A stretch of 64,000 nucleotides of DNA from Candidatus Latescibacterota bacterium (lineage in GTDB: Bacteria > Latescibacterota > UBA2968 > GCA-2709665), in NCBI GenBank assembly GCA_965116875.1, contig OZ220733.1, positions 2,560,001 to 2,624,000 of the forward strand, read 5' to 3'. A model generated the notes under the pieces. The model searched no databases. It saw only the letters and a list, made by a program, of their open reading frames with translations, and was not told where the DNA came from. Positions 37,955 through 47,690 of the stretch are shown here, one piece after another. The position numbers and the translations under genes are program-made. Every line of letters begins with the position of its first letter. Within the stretch, counting starts at the first letter, position 1.

Positions 37955-38160
37955 TGACTGCTGCCGTCGGACGGTGTACACCGGCTTCACGTCCCAATCG
38001 GAGCTGTACAGTCAGCGGAGGGTCGTTCAGGATCATCGGCGGCGGTTGTTTCAACTCTAAACTGTTCGGGTCGGGAAGGATTTGCAGCTCGAATTTCAAC
38101 CTGAACAGATCGCAGGGCGCACGTGTGGGCAATGATTCTCGAATCACTGCCGTGCCTCGA
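37954..38160 (+). pseudogene. Orphan Cys-rich tip type A cassette 1 (stop TGA changed to CGA, reads on to 38271)
   Basis: RPNRSCTVSGGSFRIIGGGCFN...GRICSSNFNLN...RITAVP matches the end of gene 34159; ATG overlaps the upstream TAA (TAATG). Confidence 0.8.
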
Positions 38161-38370
38161 TTGCCGTGGAATAGCGGCCAAGACGAACAGAAACACTGGT
38201 ACCCCGTGCGTGCCGGCGTGAAGTCCCCGGCTGGCCGCCGCCGTTCCGGCTTCTGTACGGGAACCCATTGACGACGAGAGGCAATGTCGCTTATGAAGCA
38301 ACGACGGGCGGATCCGGATGGCCGACCGGGCCGCAGGTCTGGTATCGAAGTTGATACAGGGGGTTCTGCA

Positions 38371-41300
38371 ATGATTCCATATTATCGCAACTTGCTGTTT
38401 GTTGTCGTTGGTTTCCTGGTGTTTGGTGGCGCGGCGTTGCTCAGGGCCGATTCAGCAGCGGATTTGCGTCCGGACCCGATTTCCGGCGGCAAGCTGGAGA
38501 CCGGTGGGTATGACAACGCTCCGGACACGATGCCGGAATACGCCGCGAAGGTCGCTCTGGGCAACAACGCAAATGCGATTTTGTCGCTTGACCTGATCGC
38601 CGACGGCGGGGCGGGCAACCGGAGGGACGACGGGGTGACCACGGGCGCCGTATCGGGACGAGGCACGACAATCGCCCTGGAAGTCTTCGCCACGGGAGTT
38701 ACGACCACTCTGCGCGGCCTCATCCTCAGATTCGACTTCGATGCCTCTCTCGTGTCGTTTGTCAAAGCCGAAAACAGTGCGTTCCCTCTTTCGCTTCCGG
38801 AGGGTTCCGTCGGCGCAGGTCTTGCCGCTACGTCGCCCGTGACGTTGGCCCCCACCGGGTTTCTGGCGCGCGTGGAGTTCGAGACGGTTGCAGACGTAAC
38901 GGGCAGAGAGTTTTCCATTGGCATCGAAAAGGTCACGATATCCGAAAGCGTCACGTCGTCCGATGAGCTGACGACGACCGGCGAAATTACGTTCAACGCC
39001 ACCGGCTCTCCTGACTTCGACGGCGATGACTTCGTGGGATTCACGGACTTTTTGATTTTCGCGGGCGCATACGGGTCCAGGCAGGGCGACGGGAGGTATA
39101 ATGCAGCGCAGGACCTGGACTCCGATGGTTCGATTGACTTTGCGGACTTTCTGATCTTCGCGGAGAGCTACGGTGGTCCGCCGCCATCAACGGGCGGCGG
39201 AGGCAGCGGCAATCCGGACCTCGTCGTCCAGTCCCCTTCCGTAAGCAACGGTCGCGTTTCGCCCGGGGCGGCATTTACGATTGGCGCGACGGTCCGGAAC
39301 CAGGGTAACGGGCCGTCTGCCGCGACGACGTTGCACTACTACCGCTCGACCGACGCGACAATCAACGCCAGCGACACGCAGGTAGGCACAGACGCGGTGA
39401 ACGGACTTGCGGCAGGTAACGTCAGCGCGGAGTCGATCAATCTGACGGCGCCATCGTCCTCAGGCACCTACTACTACGGCGCCTGTGTCGACGCGGTTTC
39501 CGGCGAGTCCATTACCGGGAACAACTGCTCCCCCGCCGTCTCGCTGACGGTTGCCACTGCGCCCCCGCCGCCCACGGGAACATCGAAGCTCTATTGGACG
39601 GACTGGGGCACGGACAAGATCCAACGGGGCAACCTCGACGGTTCGGGAGTGGAAGACCTGGTCTCCGGCGCCGGGTTGAAAGGGCCGGACGGATTGGCGC
39701 TGGACACGGCGGGCGGCAAGATGTACTGGACGGACGCGGGAACGAACAAGGTGCAGCGCGCCAACCTGGACGGCTCCAACGTGGAAGACCTGGTCACCGG
39801 ATTGGGAATACCGTACGGTCTGGCGCTGGACGTGTCCGGCGGCAAGATGTACTGGACGAACAGGCAGACGAACAAGATCCAACGTGCGGATCTCAGCGGG
39901 TCTAATGTGGAAGATCTGATCACCAGCGGTCTGACGTTTCCCGGCGGCCTGGCGCTGGACGTGTCCGGCAAAAAGATGTACTGGACCAATCCAGGCGCGA
40001 ACAAGATTCAAAGATCCAACCTGGACGGCTCGGGGGTCGAAGATCTCGTCACCAGCGGGATAATCAGTCCCACCGGGATCGCGCTCGACGTATCAGGCGG
40101 CAAGATGTACTGGACGGACCGGCGCTCGGACAGGATCCAGCGGTCCAACCTGGACGGGTCCGGAGTTCAAAACCTGGTCACAAGCGGCCTGCGCAGCCCG
40201 AACGGTCTGGCCCTGGACGTATCGGGCGGAAAAATGTACTGGGCGGATGAGGAAACGAACAAGGTGCAGCGCGCCAACCTGGATGGGTCCAACGTGGAAG
40301 ACCTTGTAACCGGATCAGACGGGCTGGTCGACCCGTCGAGTGTAGCCCTGGAGACCACGTCCGGCAGCGGAGGACGCGGTCCCGGTCCGGGCGGTGGTGG
40401 CGGAGGAAGACCCTCGGCCGACCTGGTGGTTGAAACGCCTTCGGTCAGCAACAGCAGCCCGACGGCCGGATCTTCCTTGACCCTGAGCGCGACGGTCCGC
40501 AATCGGGGCAACGGCCCGTCCGCGGCTACGACGTTGCGTTACTTCAGCTCTTCGGACGCGACCATTTCCGCGAGTGACACGGAAGTGGGAACGGATGCGG
40601 TGGGCGGGCTCTCCGCTTCCGGGTCCAGCGCGGAGTCGATCGCCCTGACGGCGCCGTCGTCCGCGGGTACCTACTACTATGGCGCCTGTGTGGATGCGGT
40701 ATCGGGTGAATCCGACACTGGGAACAACTGTTCATCGGCCATGACCGTAAATGTTGTCGCCGCGCCCGTTCCGGACCTGGTCGTCGATGCCCCAACGGTC
40801 AGCAACAGCAGCCCGACGGCCGGATCTTCCTTGACCCTGAGCGCGACGGTCCGCAACCGGGGCAACGGCCCGTCCGCGGCAACGACGTTGCGTTACTTCA
40901 GTTCTTCGGACGCGACCATTTCGGCGAGTGACACGGAAGTGGGAACGGATGCGGTGGGCGGGCTCTCCGCTTCCGGGTCCAGCGCGGAGTCGATCGCCCT
41001 GACGGCGCCATCGTCCGCGGGTACCTACTACTACGGCGCCTGTGTGGATGCGGTATCCGGTGAATCCGCCACGGGTAACAACTGCTCTCCGGCCGTAACC
41101 GTAACTGTAGGCGCCGCAGCCGCTCCGGACCTCGTCGTCGATGCCCCAACGGTCAGCAACAGTAGCCCGACCGCCAACCAATCCTTCGTCCTGAACGCCA
41201 CCGTCCGCAATCAGGGCAACGGCCCGTCCGTGGCCACCAACCTGCACTACTATCGCTCGACCGACGCGACGATCACGACGCAGGATACGGCCGTGGCCAC

Positions 41301-41943
41301 CGACGCTGTTGACAACCTGTCGGCGGGGGCCGCCAGCGCCGATACGATCCGTCTGTTTGCGCCGTCGGATGCCGGGATCTACTACTACGGCGCGTGCGTT
41401 GACGACGTCAGTGGGGAGAGCAATACCAACAACAACTGCTCATCCGGCGTCACCGTCACCGTCAGCGCCAGTGGCGGCGATAGTCTGGTCATAGCCGCGG
41501 GAGCAGAGAAAGAATACACAACGTCCTTTCGTGGTGGTTTCAGTTATGACTCTTTCATAGAGAGCCTTAGATATCGGGCCGTGTCATCGGACATTGACGA
41601 TGGTCTGTTGGGTTTGTCAGACGTTGAGGTGGGAATAAGGTACCAGCAATCCAACTTCGATCCGCAGAGATTTGTAACCGAAGTGACATTTGGATACAAA
41701 CTCGGAGTAAGCTCAACAATACCCCTGGATTCCACACTACGGGCTACAATTGTCTATGCCATCACAAAGCAACCATTCGCACCTGTTCCTGGTACTCGCG
41801 TGGCAACGTATACCGTTTCCATAGTCGTGCTTGTTAGTAACGATGGAAGCATTAGAGGAAATGCAATCCCGGGAGACGTGGAGTCGTTGGAGCACGTCCG
41901 CATGCAGGGTCGTCAGTCTCGAGTTATCCTGGAAGAACGCTGA
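38371..41943 (+). CDS. Secreted protein: cohesin-like, dockerin-like, CARDB, YWTD (LDL-receptor class B) propeller, 3 CARDB, unique C-terminal domain
   Basis: Start placed at MIPYYRNLL by similarity to 45125; six KMYWTD-type repeats; four CARDB units. Confidence 0.9.
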   Translation: MIPYYRNLLFVVVGFLVFGGAALLRADSAADLRPDPISGGKLETGGYDNAPDTMPEYAAKVALGNNANAILSLDLIADGGAGNRRDDGVTTGAVSGRGTTIALEVFATGVTTTLRGLILRFDFDASLVSFVKAENSAFPLSLPEGSVGAGLAATSPVTLAPTGFLARVEFETVADVTGREFSIGIEKVTISESVTSSDELTTTGEITFNATGSPDFDGDDFVGFTDFLIFAGAYGSRQGDGRYNAAQDLDSDGSIDFADFLIFAESYGGPPPSTGGGGSGNPDLVVQSPSVSNGRVSPGAAFTIGATVRNQGNGPSAATTLHYYRSTDATINASDTQVGTDAVNGLAAGNVSAESINLTAPSSSGTYYYGACVDAVSGESITGNNCSPAVSLTVATAPPPPTGTSKLYWTDWGTDKIQRGNLDGSGVEDLVSGAGLKGPDGLALDTAGGKMYWTDAGTNKVQRANLDGSNVEDLVTGLGIPYGLALDVSGGKMYWTNRQTNKIQRADLSGSNVEDLITSGLTFPGGLALDVSGKKMYWTNPGANKIQRSNLDGSGVEDLVTSGIISPTGIALDVSGGKMYWTDRRSDRIQRSNLDGSGVQNLVTSGLRSPNGLALDVSGGKMYWADEETNKVQRANLDGSNVEDLVTGSDGLVDPSSVALETTSGSGGRGPGPGGGGGGRPSADLVVETPSVSNSSPTAGSSLTLSATVRNRGNGPSAATTLRYFSSSDATISASDTEVGTDAVGGLSASGSSAESIALTAPSSAGTYYYGACVDAVSGESDTGNNCSSAMTVNVVAAPVPDLVVDAPTVSNSSPTAGSSLTLSATVRNRGNGPSAATTLRYFSSSDATISASDTEVGTDAVGGLSASGSSAESIALTAPSSAGTYYYGACVDAVSGESATGNNCSPAVTVTVGAAAAPDLVVDAPTVSNSSPTANQSFVLNATVRNQGNGPSVATNLHYYRSTDATITTQDTAVATDAVDNLSAGAASADTIRLFAPSDAGIYYYGACVDDVSGESNTNNNCSSGVTVTVSASGGDSLVIAAGAEKEYTTSFRGGFSYDSFIESLRYRAVSSDIDDGLLGLSDVEVGIRYQQSNFDPQRFVTEVTFGYKLGVSSTIPLDSTLRATIVYAITKQPFAPVPGTRVATYTVSIVVLVSNDGSIRGNAIPGDVESLEHVRMQGRQSRVILEER
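40420..41127 (+). repeat. Tandem 354-bp near-identical CARDB duplication
   Basis: 40420-40773 and 40774-41127 share long identical runs at offset 354. Confidence 0.88.
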
Positions 41944-42194
41944 CGCTTCTCATCGCGAACAGTTTACGTGACACCTCCCGCCGTGGTTTTCCGGAACCGG
42001 CGCCAAAAGCACGAGCGAATGTAAACTCCGATGCAGAACGTCCTGGAGCGTCAGGGGCCGTAATATTGGACGCCTACGTGACTCCATCGAGAAGTAACGC
42101 CCATTTGGTTTGACGATCCCTCCGGCTCCTATGCACAGGCCGGGTCAGGTGGTGCTATACGCCCTGCTTCGCGCGAGGAAAAGGGAGCAGTTTC

Positions 42195-44834
42195 ATGAAA
42201 ACGTTGAACAGGAATCATAGGTGCCATGTCCCTTTCCTGGTTTTGGTCTTGCTCGCCTTCGGGTCACGAGGGGTCGCCTACGGGCAGGGTTCCACGGATG
42301 CAACGCTGAAAGAACTTACAATCGGCCCGGTGGACATTGTGGGCTTTGACAGTGCGGTTACCGGATACCATATCGGCGTCACGTATTCAGTAACGCAGGT
42401 CATTATTACGGCCACCGCGACGGATGCTGGCGCGACCATACAGATAGGTAAGAGTAGAACCGACGTTAGCACGATCGCAAGTGGTTCCGGGCATGTCGTC
42501 CCGTTGGCTGTGGGTCGAAACTCCGTGGGGATACGGGTCACGTCCTCTGACGGAAATACAAGCGAAAACTACACGATCGTAGTGGGCAGAGGCGTTGAGT
42601 CTGCTTTCGGCTGGAATGCTGCAGATGACTTCAACACACTCTACGCCGCAGGAAACCAAAATCCAGGAGACATCTGGTCGGACGGTGAGACGATGTGGGT
42701 GACAGACCAAGTGGACAAGAAAATATACGCCTACAGTATGGAAACTAAGAAACGCGACCTCCCTAAGGACTTGGAAACCTTGGATGCCGCAGGGAATGAT
42801 AGTCCCATTGGAATCTGGTCAGATGGCGAAACCGTGTGGGTAGCGGACAGGCAGGACGGGAAGCTATACGCCTACGATCTTGCCACCAAAGCGAGAAGAT
42901 CTGACAGGGATTTTGACTTTAGCCACCTGTGGGCGATCATACCGACCGGTCTCTGGTCAGATGGGAAGTTTATTTACGTACCGACCTCCGTTTCCGCTTC
43001 TGTCCCACGATTCGACCTGAAAAACGAGGTTTGGGACTACAGCCTGCCAAGTGTAGTTTCCCCGACCGGCCTCTGGTCAGATGGCGAGACTCTGTGGGTC
43101 GCCAACAATTCCCACTATAGACTGCATGCCATTAATCTGGCGACGAATAAGCCGAACCCGGAAAAAGACTTCAACACACTGGATGATGCCCAGGCTTTGG
43201 AACCAGGAGGCATCTGGTCGAATGGTTCCACCATGTGGGTGGTTGCAGGCGCCAAAATATACTCGTTCAATATGCCATCCGGTATAGTTTCCTACGACAG
43301 CGACGGCGACGGGCTGATTGAAATCGGCAGCCTGGCGCAGCTGAACGCCGTCCGATGGGACCTGGACGGCGACGGGGCCGTGGACAACAGTGCGAATGCG
43401 GGTGCTTACGCCCATGCCTTCCCGAATGCCGTCGCCGGTATGGGTTGCCCAAACACGGTAGACGATGCAGATGATAACGACTGCACCGGGTATGAGTTGA
43501 CGGCCGATCTGGACTTCGACACAAACAGCGATGGTACCGTAGACGCGTCCGACACCTACTGGAATGGCGGCGCGAGATGGCTTCCCATCGGGAGTTCCGG
43601 TTCCGGCAACGAATTCGTCTCCACGTTCGAGGGGAATCGGCATACCATTGACAACCTTTATATATACCGCTCGACTTCCACGGTCGGTCTGTTCGGTGTC
43701 GTCGGCGCCCGGGGACAGGTGCGGAACTTAGGGATTCGAAAGGTCGTTTCGGTGGGCGATGACGGGAGCGTCGTTGGTGGGCTTGTGGGGATCAACCGCG
43801 GCGGCATTTCCGGCAGCTATGCGGCGGGGGTGGCATCCGCGGGCGAATCCAGCAGCGTTGGTGTGCTGGTGGGGGCAAACACTGGCACAATTGCCACCAG
43901 CTATGCGACGGGCAAGTCGTATTGCGGAAACGACGGCAACGCGGGTGGGCTGGTGGGGTTGCACGGTAGCAGCGCCGGCAGAAGCATTATCACCGCCAGC
44001 TACGCGACCAGTTTAGTGTCCGGCGCGGACGGAAGCGACCTCGGGGGGCTGGCGGGACAGGTCGCCGTCGTCGGCGGTAGCACCAGATGCATCATCACCG
44101 CCAGCTACGCGACTGGTGTGGTATATGGAGAGAGCGACGGCAACGTCGGTGGACTGGTGGGGCAGACAGCCGCCCTGGGCAACGACTGCAAAGCCATCAT
44201 CACCGCCAGTTACGCGACCGGCGAGGTCTCGGGGGTCGGCAGCAACGTCGGTGGTCTGGTGGGGTACAACCTCAGTGGAGGCCCTGACAGCGGTGGTATC
44301 ATCACCGCCAGCTATGCGACCGGTGCGGTGACCGGCTTGGACCACCGCAATGTCGGCGGGTTCGTGGGAAAAGACTCCACGAATCTGAACAGCATAAACG
44401 CCGTAAGCTACAGCTACTGGAATAACGAGACCTCCGGGCAAATTGCGAGTGACGGCGGCGTTAGCAAGACGACCATCGAGTTGGTGTCGCCGACCGGGTA
44501 CGCTGGCATCTATGCCACCTGGAACCTGGATCTGGACGGTGACAACACGAAGGACGACCCCTGGGAATTCGGCAATTCCAACGAGTATCCGATGCTGCGG
44601 GCCGACTTCGACGGCGACGGCGACATTGACGCGGACGACGTAGACCCGCAGCGGCGGGTCGTCGCGTCCCCTGCAGCATCAACCGATTTCAACGGCGACG
44701 GTACGACCGATTTCGTGGATTTCTTCCTCTTTGCAGACGCGTTTGGCAGTTCCGATGCGCGTTACGATCTCAATGGCGACGGAACGGTGGATTTCATCGA
44801 TTTCTTCAGGTTTGTGGATGCGTTCCGTTCGTAA
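42195..44834 (+). CDS. Secreted protein: cadherin-like beta-sandwich, WSDGET-repeat propeller, GLUG-motif domain, C-terminal dockerin-like domain
   Basis: STDATLKEL; five I/LWSD/NG repeats; repeated VGGLVG...ITASYATG; TDFNGDGTTDFVDF...YDLNGDGTVDFIDF. Confidence 0.88.
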   Translation: MKTLNRNHRCHVPFLVLVLLAFGSRGVAYGQGSTDATLKELTIGPVDIVGFDSAVTGYHIGVTYSVTQVIITATATDAGATIQIGKSRTDVSTIASGSGHVVPLAVGRNSVGIRVTSSDGNTSENYTIVVGRGVESAFGWNAADDFNTLYAAGNQNPGDIWSDGETMWVTDQVDKKIYAYSMETKKRDLPKDLETLDAAGNDSPIGIWSDGETVWVADRQDGKLYAYDLATKARRSDRDFDFSHLWAIIPTGLWSDGKFIYVPTSVSASVPRFDLKNEVWDYSLPSVVSPTGLWSDGETLWVANNSHYRLHAINLATNKPNPEKDFNTLDDAQALEPGGIWSNGSTMWVVAGAKIYSFNMPSGIVSYDSDGDGLIEIGSLAQLNAVRWDLDGDGAVDNSANAGAYAHAFPNAVAGMGCPNTVDDADDNDCTGYELTADLDFDTNSDGTVDASDTYWNGGARWLPIGSSGSGNEFVSTFEGNRHTIDNLYIYRSTSTVGLFGVVGARGQVRNLGIRKVVSVGDDGSVVGGLVGINRGGISGSYAAGVASAGESSSVGVLVGANTGTIATSYATGKSYCGNDGNAGGLVGLHGSSAGRSIITASYATSLVSGADGSDLGGLAGQVAVVGGSTRCIITASYATGVVYGESDGNVGGLVGQTAALGNDCKAIITASYATGEVSGVGSNVGGLVGYNLSGGPDSGGIITASYATGAVTGLDHRNVGGFVGKDSTNLNSINAVSYSYWNNETSGQIASDGGVSKTTIELVSPTGYAGIYATWNLDLDGDNTKDDPWEFGNSNEYPMLRADFDGDGDIDADDVDPQRRVVASPAASTDFNGDGTTDFVDFFLFADAFGSSDARYDLNGDGTVDFIDFFRFVDAFRS

Positions 44835-44875
44835 ATCCGATATAGCTCGATGAAATTCGGGTGCGGCTGCAGAAT

Positions 44876-44972
44876 GGACGCGTTGGGCGGCGCGTTGTCA
44901 GCGGTGTCTATCTGTATCGCATACAGGCGGGCGGTTTCTCACCCATCAGGCGGATGCTGTTGTTGAAAATAG
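44876..44972 (+). pseudogene. Second remnant of the sorting-domain 3' end (copy of 33909-34005)
   Basis: RRVVSGVYLYRIQAGGFSPIRRMLLLK, with 1-bp indels near each end relative to gene 33196. Confidence 0.85.
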
Positions 44973-45124
44973 GCCTATTGGCAAACATCGCCATTCGGCC
45001 GCTGCGCGGTAACGCATTCACGACGATCGTGAACTCAGCGCTTCCGGCGACGGCGAGGTTCTTGTTCGGACCGCCGCCCGCGCGGCGGGTCTGCTAACGA
45101 AACTGATACAGCGGAGGTTCCGCA

Positions 45125-46996
45125 ATGACTCCATTTTATCGCAACTTGCTGTTTGTTGCCATTGGTTTCTTCGTGCTTGCGGGCGTGGCGTTCCTCAGGG
45201 CCGATTCAGACGCGGATATGCCTCCGGGCGCGAAACACGGCGGAGAGTTGGATCCTGGCGCTGAGTACGACGGATTCCGCGTCGCGTTGCCTGAATTCGC
45301 CGCGAAATTCGCCCTGGGCAACAATGCAAACGCGGCATTGTCGCTGGACCTGATCGCTAACGGCGGGGCGGGCAACCAGAGGGATGACGGCGTGACCACA
45401 GGCGCCGTGTCGGGACGCGGTACGAAGATCGCCATCGAGGTTTTCGCGACCGGCGTGAGGACGTCCCTGTTAGGATTCGAAATCGAATTCGACCTTGATT
45501 CTTCTCTTGTGGCCCTTGTGAGGGCAGAAGACAGTATACATCCACAGCTGGGGCGAATCCGAAACAAAAGTGTAGTCGCTTTTGGCTCCCTTCCGCCACG
45601 TTTGTTGTGGTTGTCGCCTTCCGGGTTTCTTGTGCGCGCCGAGTTCGAGACGGTTGCAAACGTTACTGGTCGGGAGTTCTCCATCGGGATCGAGTCTGTT
45701 ACACTCGCGGGAACTTCGTCGTCCATCGACACACTCACGACAAGCAGTGAGATCTCGTTCAACGCCGCGCCGTCCCCCGACTTCGACGGCGACGGGACCG
45801 TGGGGTTTTCCGACTTCCTGATTTTCGCCGGCGCGTTCGGGTCGAGTCAGGGCGATGGGAAGTACAATGCCGCGCAGGACCTGAATTCCGATGGTTCTGT
45901 CGACTTCACGGATTTTCTGATCTTTGCCGGCGATTTTGGCAGTCAGGTCCCGCCCTCCGGCGGCGGTGGGACACCTTCCGGCGGTGGCGAGACTGTGACC
46001 ATTGCGGATGCCAATCTCCGTGCGGTAATAGCAGATAGCCTGGGTAAGGCGCGCAATGCGCCGATAACCCGGGAGGAGATGACGACCTTGACACGTATTG
46101 ACGCGCTCAATAAGGGCATTCGCAATCTGACAGGCCTCGAGCATGCAACCAATCTGCGATGGCTTAACCTTGGTTCCGAGCGCGTGAATGATGCGTGGGT
46201 CAACAGCAACGATATATCTGATCTCTCGCCCCTCGCCAACTTGACTAACCTGAGACTACTGGGACTCGGGAGAAACAGCATCAGCGATATATCAGCACTT
46301 TCCCGTTTGACCAACCTGACATGGATGACTCTATACAAAAACAACATTAGGGATATATCAGCGCTGTCCAACTTGACTAACCTGGAAATACTGTACCTTT
46401 GGGGCAACAGCATCTCGTCTATATCCGCCCTTTCCCGTCTGACGAACCTGATAGAGTTATATATCGGCTCTGTCGACATCTCAGACATTTCGAGTCTATC
46501 CAACTTGACAAATCTGACAGACCTGTTTCTTGACAGAAACAGTATCTCGTCTTTAACTGCGCTCTCTCGTCTGACGAACCTGACAAGGCTGAATCTTTAC
46601 AACAACAGTATCTCGGACATTTCGCCATTGGTGGCAAATACGGGCCTGGGCGATGGAGACAGGGTTGATTTGAGAGACAATCCCTTGAGCAGTACTTCGC
46701 GCAACACGCACATTCCAACTCTTCAGCGACGAGGCGTTAAAGTAGAATTCGACGGTAGCGGCGGTGTGAGAGCGTGTACTGCCGGGTTAGTCGTAAATCC
46801 TGGCGAAAGTTGTACTTATAAAGGAGCGACCTTCTCTGTCAGTTCTTCTGGAACGGGAACCATTATTGCCGGGGGATTGGTAATGAGGTCAGGGCGTGGA
46901 ATTCAGGAGTCGGGCACCATAAATGGCGTACGGTGGAACTTTCATGCCACGAAAAACAGTGGCAGCAACAGTTGGACAATTCACGTAGCGAATTAA
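45125..46996 (+). CDS. Secreted protein: cohesin-like, dockerin-like, internalin/SDS22-type LRR, Cys-rich tip type B
   Basis: SD GGAGG; IADANLR cap; 22-aa ISDISALSxLTNL repeats; ACTAGLVVNPGESCTYKG...SWTIHVAN. Confidence 0.9.
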   Translation: MTPFYRNLLFVAIGFFVLAGVAFLRADSDADMPPGAKHGGELDPGAEYDGFRVALPEFAAKFALGNNANAALSLDLIANGGAGNQRDDGVTTGAVSGRGTKIAIEVFATGVRTSLLGFEIEFDLDSSLVALVRAEDSIHPQLGRIRNKSVVAFGSLPPRLLWLSPSGFLVRAEFETVANVTGREFSIGIESVTLAGTSSSIDTLTTSSEISFNAAPSPDFDGDGTVGFSDFLIFAGAFGSSQGDGKYNAAQDLNSDGSVDFTDFLIFAGDFGSQVPPSGGGGTPSGGGETVTIADANLRAVIADSLGKARNAPITREEMTTLTRIDALNKGIRNLTGLEHATNLRWLNLGSERVNDAWVNSNDISDLSPLANLTNLRLLGLGRNSISDISALSRLTNLTWMTLYKNNIRDISALSNLTNLEILYLWGNSISSISALSRLTNLIELYIGSVDISDISSLSNLTNLTDLFLDRNSISSLTALSRLTNLTRLNLYNNSISDISPLVANTGLGDGDRVDLRDNPLSSTSRNTHIPTLQRRGVKVEFDGSGGVRACTAGLVVNPGESCTYKGATFSVSSSGTGTIIAGGLVMRSGRGIQESGTINGVRWNFHATKNSGSNSWTIHVAN

Positions 46997-47202
46997 TGAC
47001 TGAGGCCGTCAGACGGCGTCCACCGGCTTCACGTCCCAACCAGAGCTGTATCGTCAGCGGCGGGTCGCTTACAAATGGGGGCAGCGGCTGTGTCAACTAT
47101 TCACCGTTCGGGACCGGCAGGATTTGCAGCGCGAGTTTCAACTTGAACGGATTGCAGGGCACACGTGTGGGTGATGATTTTCGAATCACTGCCGTGCCTT
47201 GA
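46996..47202 (+). CDS. Orphan Cys-rich tip type A cassette 2 (68 aa, intact stop; expression unknown)
   Basis: RPNQSCIVSGGS...CVNYSPFGTGRICSASFNLNGLQGTRVGDDFRITAVP*; TAATG overlap with upstream stop. Confidence 0.6.
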   Translation: MTEAVRRRPPASRPNQSCIVSGGSLTNGGSGCVNYSPFGTGRICSASFNLNGLQGTRVGDDFRITAVP

Positions 47203-47378
47203 TCCGGCATGACCGTTGTCGCGGGCCAATCAGTGCCGGCGCCAATTCTCCTGTCGAATGCAGGCATTGGTCGGCCCCACAGACCGATACAATTCAGGCC
47301 GACCCGTATCGGGCAATTGCGGCGGCCTCCGTCGGCACCGGTGTCGTCGTATGGATGTTCACGTGGCGAAAATTTACA

Positions 47379-47433
47379 GTGATGTCGCGATCTGGGACAT
47401 CACAATGCGTTTCGCTGTCGCAAATTGCGACAG
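47379..47433. promoter_or_regulatory. Two adjacent inverted repeats upstream of gene 47691
   Basis: GTGATGTC-N9-GACATCAC (47379-47403) and CTGTCGCAA-A-TTGCGACAG (47415-47433). Confidence 0.45.
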
Positions 47434-47690
47434 TTCTATCCATTCGTTTTACGGATTCGCGCCGTTTTTCGCCAAACCGTCGACAGGTGATTAAATATCC
47501 GGATCGTTGAGATTGATCTTGTCTGAGACAGACTACGCTGACAAAGAGGGAACACGGGAATGACGGCTTCCTGGAAGTGCATAACGTGTCTTGTTGGCGT
47601 CGCAAACCGCCGCTGCCCGCCGCCTGATAACTAGATCGAGAACATCGTGACGGCGATGGCATGACAGCCGCTTATTGCAACGAGGATGTA

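Noticed and set aside
37905-37956. Programmed -1 frameshift fusing tip B to orphan tip A
   Set aside because: The orphan lies in the -1 frame, but the nearest slippery-looking site is G-AAA-AAC, not a canonical heptamer, and no stimulatory structure is evident.
43290-43560. Extra dockerins in gene 42195 (YDSDGDGLIEI, WDLDGDGAVD)
   Set aside because: Isolated DxDGDG Ca-loops at the start of the GLUG-type domain without the FxDF helix pair; not counted among the 12.
35416-47202. Diversity-generating retroelement (tip A copies as template and variable repeats)
   Set aside because: Differences among the three copies involve all four bases, including many third positions, rather than adenines only, and no reverse transcriptase is in the window.
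33900-47300. Integron cassette array
   Set aside because: The shared intergenic sequences are explained by the adaptor gene tail and tip A flanks; no attC-like ends or integrase seen.
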